Assembly: GCA_963845515.1 (NCBI GenBank)
Contig: CAWJSR010000039.1
Location: forward strand, 32,001 to 96,000
DNA length: 64,000 nt
Reading direction: 5' to 3'
Source: an uncultured delta proteobacterium
GTDB lineage: Bacteria; Myxococcota; Myxococcia; Myxococcales; Anaeromyxobacteraceae
Each line of letters starts with the position of its first letter. The first letter of the stretch is position 1. A program made the position numbers and the translations under genes. Shown here piece after piece: positions 59,586-64,000 of this stretch. The notes beneath the pieces are model-generated. The model was given only the letters and a program-made list of their open reading frames with translations, ran no database searches and was not told the DNA's origin.

Positions 59586-61547
59586 CTAGTACGGCGGCGC
59601 TGCCTCGCGCTTCAGCAACTCCACGAACGCGTCGAGCCCCATCGTCTTCAGGTCCTCGCCGCCGTGCCGGCGGGGCGAGAGCCCCTTCGCCTCCACCTCC
59701 TTCTCGCCCACGACGAGCGTGAATGGGATCTTCGCGAGCTGGGCGTTCCGGATCTTGGCGCCCAGCTTGTCGTTGGAGTGGTCCAGCTCCACCCGGTAAC
59801 CCTCCCCCGCCAGCCGCACCTGCACCTGGCGCGCCCAGTCGTCGAAGCGCTCCGAGACCGTCACGACCCGGGCCTGCACCGGCGCAAGCCACGCCGGGTA
59901 GGCGCCGGCGTAGTGCTCGGTGAGGATGGCGATGAACCGCTCGAAGGAGCCGTAGACGGCCCGGTGGATCACGACCGGCCGGTGGACGTGGTTGTCGTCG
60001 CCGACGTAGGTCATGTCGAACCGCTCGGGGGCGGCGTAGTCGAGCTGGATGGTGCAGGTCTGCCACTGCCGGCCGAGGGAGTCGGTCACGACGAAGTCGA
60101 TCTTGGGACCGTAGAAGGCGCCGTCGCCGGGGTTGAGCTCCCAGGGGAGCCCCAGCTTGTCGAGCGCGCTCTTGAGCGCCCCCTCCGCCTTGTCCCAGAG
60201 CGCGTCGTCGCCGATCCGATCCTTCGGGTCGGCGGGGCGCGTCGAGAGCCGGAGCGAGAACTCGAGGCCGAAGGCGCCGTACACGATCTTCATGAGGCCG
60301 ACGATCCGGTCGACCTCCTCGGGGATCTGCGACTCCATCAGGAAGATGTGCGAGTCGTCCTGGCAGAACTGCCGGACCCGGGTGAGGCCGCCCAGCGAGC
60401 CCGAGAGCTCGTTGCGGTGGAGCACGTCGACCGTGAAGTAGCGGAGCGGGAGCTCGCGGTAGCTGTGCCGCGCCATGTTGTACATGAGGTAGTGCGACGG
60501 GCAGTTCATCGGCTTCACCGCCATCGTGAGCCGCTCCTCGATCGGGAGCTGCTCGTCGGTCTCCCGGTCGAGCACCTTGAACATGTTGTCGGCGTAGACG
60601 CCCCAGTGGCCGCTCTGCTCCCAGAGCTTCTTGTTGAAGAGGAGCGGCGTCTTCACCTCGAGGTAGCCGTTCTTCGTCACGAGCCGGCGCATCGAGTCGG
60701 CGAGCGTGTTGTAGAGGGTCGTGCCGTTGGGCAGCCAGAAGGCCGAGCCCGGGGCCCACTCGTGGAAGGCGAAGAGGCCGAGCGCGGGGCCGAGCTTCCG
60801 GTGGTCGCGCTTCTTCACCTCCTCCAGCTTCGCGAGGTGCTCGTCGAGCGCCTTCTTGTCGAAGAAGGCGGTGCCGTAGATCCGCTGTAGCATCGCGTTG
60901 CGTGAGTCGCCGCGCCAGTAGGCGCCGGCCACGCTCAGGAGCTTCACGACGCCGATGCGCCCGGTCGACGGGCCGTGCGGCCCGAGGCAGAAGTCGACCC
61001 AGTCACCGTGCCTGTAGAGGGTGAGCGTCTTCGCCCCCTTCGCGACGATGTCGTGGATGATCTCGACCTTGTACTTCTCGCCGAGCCCCTCGAAGAGCTT
61101 CAGCGCCTCGTCGGCCGAGACCTCCGACCGGACGAACGGCAGGTCGGCCTTGATCGCCTCGTTGGTCGCCTTCTCGATCTTCTCGAGATCCTCCGGGGTG
61201 AACGGGGTCTCGCGCGCGAAGTCGTAATAGAAGCCGTCCTCCACCGAGGGGCCGATGGTGACCTGCGTCCCCGGGTAGAGCTTCTGGACGACGCTCGCCA
61301 TGACGTGGGCGGCGTCGTGGCGCGCCACCTCCAGCGCCTCGGGGCTCTTCGTGGTGTGGACCTCGAGCTTCACGTCGCGGTCGAGCACCGCCGAGAGATC
61401 GACGGGCGTTCCGTCGAGCTTCGCGAAGACCGCGGCCTTGGCGAGGCCTGCGCCGATCTTCTCCTTCACGAAGTCGCCGACGCGCGTCCCGCGGGCGGCC
61501 TCCTTCTGGCTGCCGTCGGGGAGGGTCACCTTGACGAGATCTGACAT
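59586..61547 (-). CDS. thrS: Threonyl-tRNA synthetase
   Basis: TGS domain, HDAAH and DFCLGPH editing site, [21 protein letters not shown] and [12 protein letters not shown]. Confidence 0.99.
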   Translation of the reverse strand: MSDLVKVTLPDGSQKEAARGTRVGDFVKEKIGAGLAKAAVFAKLDGTPVDLSAVLDRDVKLEVHTTKSPEALEVARHDAAHVMASVVQKLYPGTQVTIGPSVEDGFYYDFARETPFTPEDLEKIEKATNEAIKADLPFVRSEVSADEALKLFEGLGEKYKVEIIHDIVAKGAKTLTLYRHGDWVDFCLGPHGPSTGRIGVVKLLSVAGAYWRGDSRNAMLQRIYGTAFFDKKALDEHLAKLEEVKKRDHRKLGPALGLFAFHEWAPGSAFWLPNGTTLYNTLADSMRRLVTKNGYLEVKTPLLFNKKLWEQSGHWGVYADNMFKVLDRETDEQLPIEERLTMAVKPMNCPSHYLMYNMARHSYRELPLRYFTVDVLHRNELSGSLGGLTRVRQFCQDDSHIFLMESQIPEEVDRIVGLMKIVYGAFGLEFSLRLSTRPADPKDRIGDDALWDKAEGALKSALDKLGLPWELNPGDGAFYGPKIDFVVTDSLGRQWQTCTIQLDYAAPERFDMTYVGDDNHVHRPVVIHRAVYGSFERFIAILTEHYAGAYPAWLAPVQARVVTVSERFDDWARQVQVRLAGEGYRVELDHSNDKLGAKIRNAQLAKIPFTLVVGEKEVEAKGLSPRRHGGEDLKTMGLDAFVELLKREAAPPY

Positions 61548-61576
61548 GGCGGTTTGGTACCCCTTGGGAAAAGAAT

Positions 61577-61610
61577 TGAAAAGGGGCTCTCCGTTTCCAG
61601 AGAACCCCTT
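61577..61610 (-). terminator. Intrinsic terminator between the tRNA and thrS
   Basis: Minus strand GGGGTTCTCTG-GAAA-CGGAGAGCCCC followed by TTTTC. Confidence 0.7.
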
Positions 61611-61625
61611 GTGATTCCAGCTATG

Positions 61626-61697
<72 letters not shown>

Positions 61698-61718
61698 GTT
61701 TGACGAAAACGAGGCGCG

Positions 61719-61748
61719 TTTATAGAGCGCGCCCGTGGGTTGAGTCAA
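61719..61748 (-). promoter_or_regulatory. Putative sigma70 promoter of tRNA-Val
   Basis: TTGACT-18 nt-TATAAA. Confidence 0.6.
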
Positions 61749-61762
61749 CGTCCTTTGCTCAG

Positions 61763-61802
61763 TCCCCTCTCCCTCAGCGAGGGAGAAGGTCAGGGTGAGG
61801 GA
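61763..61802. repeat. REP-like palindromic element, copy 2
   Basis: TCCCCTCTCCCTCAGCGAGGGAGAAGGTCAGGGTGAGGGA has the same architecture as 5654-5697. Confidence 0.65.
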
Positions 61803-61807
61803 GCGCC

Positions 61808-62617
61808 CTAGGGCGCCTCGTCCCGCTGCCGGTTCCAGTCTTCCCACTCGTCCTGCCCCTCGCCCGCGATGGCGAAGGTCGCGGGCTCGGTGGCGGTGCC
61901 GTCGGCGGCCACCTTCACGGTCATCATCGCGGTCACGATCTTCTCCCACTGCTCCTTCGTGACCTGCTTCGGGGCGGCGATCTGCTTGCGGACCTTCTTC
62001 TTCGGGTCGGCGGGCTTCGCCTCCGTCCCGGCGGCGGCCACCTGGTCGGGCGCGTCGGTGCGGACGGGCTCGACGTCGGCGTCCAGGCCGTGCGTCGGGC
62101 GCGGGATGCGGCCGCCGGCGACGGCGACCGTGCCGTTGTAGACCTTGACGACGACCGAGCGGTCCTGGGCGGCGTCGACCCGGAAGGTCGTGCCGCGCAC
62201 GCCAGCCACGGCGTTCTCGGTCTTCACCTCGAACCGCGACTCGCCGCCGACCGTCTTGGCGACCTTCGCCCAGACGTTGCCGACCTGGAGCCTGGCCGAG
62301 ACCTGCCGGTCCTCGACGCTGCGTCCGAAGGAGGCGGCGGAGAGGTCCACGCGCGCTGTGGGGCCGAGCCGGAGCACGCTCTGGTCGGCCAGCTTGAGCT
62401 CGAGCCGCGTGCGCTTCTGCGTCTCGATGACGTCCCCGGCGAAGACCGGGGAGCCGACGGCCAGCGCCGTCGGCTTGCCGCCGACGATCCGCTGGGCCTG
62501 GCCGGCGAGGAAGGTCACGGAGCCGGCCGGAGCCGGCGCCGCGGCCGCGGTGGCGGTCGCCGCGGCCAACGCGAGGAAGGCACCGGCGATTGCGACGAAC
62601 GTCAGGCGGGAGCGCAT
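61808..62617 (-). CDS. Secreted FecR-domain protein
   Basis: Signal peptide; GDVIET, LADQSVLRLG, FEVKTENAVAGVRGTTFRV and VKVYNGTVAV. Confidence 0.8.
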   Translation of the reverse strand: MRSRLTFVAIAGAFLALAAATATAAAAPAPAGSVTFLAGQAQRIVGGKPTALAVGSPVFAGDVIETQKRTRLELKLADQSVLRLGPTARVDLSAASFGRSVEDRQVSARLQVGNVWAKVAKTVGGESRFEVKTENAVAGVRGTTFRVDAAQDRSVVVKVYNGTVAVAGGRIPRPTHGLDADVEPVRTDAPDQVAAAGTEAKPADPKKKVRKQIAAPKQVTKEQWEKIVTAMMTVKVAADGTATEPATFAIAGEGQDEWEDWNRQRDEAP

Positions 62618-62619
62618 GG

Positions 62620-63780
62620 CTACTTTATCTCCACCTCAACCGTGCCCTGCGTGACCTTCTTGACCTTGACCGTGAAGCCCGCGAGCTTCCTGCCGGAGAG
62701 CTCGGTCGCGAACGCCGCGGCCGTCCCGGTCAGCGTCACCTCCAGCTCGGCCTTCCCGTCGTCCATGTTCCGCAGCTCCACGCCCTTCACGCCCTTGACG
62801 CCGTTGACGAGCGCGGTCTGGAAGGCTGAGACCTTCCCGAAGTCGTCAGTCCCCTTCACCACCATCTCGACCGAGCGGGTCCCGGACTGCTTGCCCGCCC
62901 AGACCTTGCCGATCTTGGCGAAGAGATCGCCGGCGAGCTGGCGCCCTCCCTCGGAGAGCGCGTTGCGCCCGGCGGTGGTCTGCTCGAACCCCTTGCCGGC
63001 CTTGCCGGTGAACTCCGCCGACGCGAGGACGCGCCCCGTGGCGGTCTCGACCGCGCGGGCGGAGATGTTGGCGACGGCCGAGTAGAAGGTGCCGTTGTCG
63101 AGCGCGATGGTGCCGAGCGGCTTCGCGATGGCGCGGCCGACGATGACGATCTCGGCCCTGGCGATCTGGCCGATCTCGCGCGCCTGCTGCGCGTTCGGAT
63201 CCGCCCCGACCACCTCGAGCTTGATCTTGCCCGCGAGCACCTCGGGGTCGACGAAGGTGAAGCCGGACTTCGACATCCGGTCCATGAAGGAGTTCTCCAT
63301 GACGCGCAGGTCGGCGGCGTTGCCGCCCCCCTGCCACCAGCCGGAGGCCTCCGTCGCGTTGATCGCCTGCTCGGCGATCATGACCATGATCCGCGGCATC
63401 CCCTCGCGCCGGTACGCGATGCCGAAGGCCATCAGGTCCTCGTCGAGCTTCCCCTCCGAGACCTCGCAGCGGGCCTTGATCGTCCAGACGTTGCCCTCCT
63501 GCTTCTCCTGGAGGACGTCGAACTTCCGGATGTAGCCCTGCGAGTGCGAGTAGATCTTGTCGGAGAGGAGCTGCGCCTGGTCCGTCTCGGTCGCGGCGGT
63601 GACGACCGTCGTCGCGACCTGCTGGACGCAGTTGCGCATGGCGTCGTCCTTCGCCGCCGCCTTCGCGGCGAGCACGTCGCCCACGATGGCCGCCTCACCG
63701 GTGGCCTCGGTGACCTTGGTCTCTTCCGCCGCGGCGGGCGCGGCGAGCGCGAGCAGCGCGATGGCGATGATGGGCTTCAT
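62620..63780 (-). CDS. Secreted protein with an FlgT-N-like N-terminal domain
   Basis: Signal peptide; ATGEAAI...AKAAAKDDAMRNCVQQ...SQGYIRKFDVLQE, followed by a CsgG/TolB-N-like middle domain. Confidence 0.65.
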   Translation of the reverse strand: MKPIIAIALLALAAPAAAEETKVTEATGEAAIVGDVLAAKAAAKDDAMRNCVQQVATTVVTAATETDQAQLLSDKIYSHSQGYIRKFDVLQEKQEGNVWTIKARCEVSEGKLDEDLMAFGIAYRREGMPRIMVMIAEQAINATEASGWWQGGGNAADLRVMENSFMDRMSKSGFTFVDPEVLAGKIKLEVVGADPNAQQAREIGQIARAEIVIVGRAIAKPLGTIALDNGTFYSAVANISARAVETATGRVLASAEFTGKAGKGFEQTTAGRNALSEGGRQLAGDLFAKIGKVWAGKQSGTRSVEMVVKGTDDFGKVSAFQTALVNGVKGVKGVELRNMDDGKAELEVTLTGTAAAFATELSGRKLAGFTVKVKKVTQGTVEVEIK

Positions 63781-63792
63781 GTTCCGTTCCCC

Positions 63793-64000
63793 TTAATCAG
63801 TGAGGATGAGGACACGTCCCTCGGCCAGGAAGCCGAGGTTCTTGCCCTTGAGCGCCGCCGCGTCGGCGACCGAGATGACGAGGTCGGCGCCGTCGGCGCC
63901 GACCGCGCGCACGGTGACCGGCTTGTCGCCGATCCTTGCCGGCTGGTCCTTCTTCGCCGCCTCGAGGCTCCTGGCGTAGAGCGCGCCGCCGCCGAGCTTG
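63793..64000 (-). CDS. Hypothetical protein, C-terminal fragment
   Basis: Manual translation ...GGALYARSLEAAKKDQPARIGDKPVTVRAVGADGADLVISVADAAAL...EGRVLILTD*; TAA at 63793; strong GC3 bias. Confidence 0.7.
   Translation of the reverse strand, partial: KLGGGALYARSLEAAKKDQPARIGDKPVTVRAVGADGADLVISVADAAALKGKNLGFLAEGRVLILTD

Noticed and set aside
61548..61625. T-box riboswitch upstream of thrS (also considered for pheS and leuA)
   Set aside because: The spacers are too short or lack the T-box GGTGGNACCGCG motif and a specifier stem.

Overview
Very GC-rich bacterial chromosomal segment, almost entirely on the minus strand. Gene content and protein style suggest an Anaeromyxobacter-like member of Myxococcota (inference, not tested). 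It is mostly core housekeeping DNA: a membrane histidine kinase plus sigma54 activator; rsmI-yraN; the rpsP-khpA-rimM-trmD-rplS cluster; a contiguous str-S10-spc-alpha ribosomal supercluster lacking rplC and infA; Fe/Mn SOD; mtgA; two adjacent 2-oxoacid:ferredoxin oxidoreductase operons; a GlcD-like oxidase with an atypical FolE homologue; ihfA-pheTS-rplT-rpmI-infC; a leuACD-ilvBNC operon with a leader peptide; a GT2/methyltransferase pair; thrS; tRNA-Val(GAC); and an uncharacterised envelope operon. I found no CRISPR array, IS, prophage or rRNA, and no unambiguous new multi-gene system. The best leads are: a FolE paralogue with a rewired active site; an SMC/YhaN-like protein lacking Walker A; an in-frame palindromic insertion in pheS; structured RNAs before fusA and rpmJ; a Val/Leu leader peptide without a U-tract terminator; a CTG-initiated IF3; and an FNR-type box. 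Five genes carry small indels, most likely long-read consensus errors.
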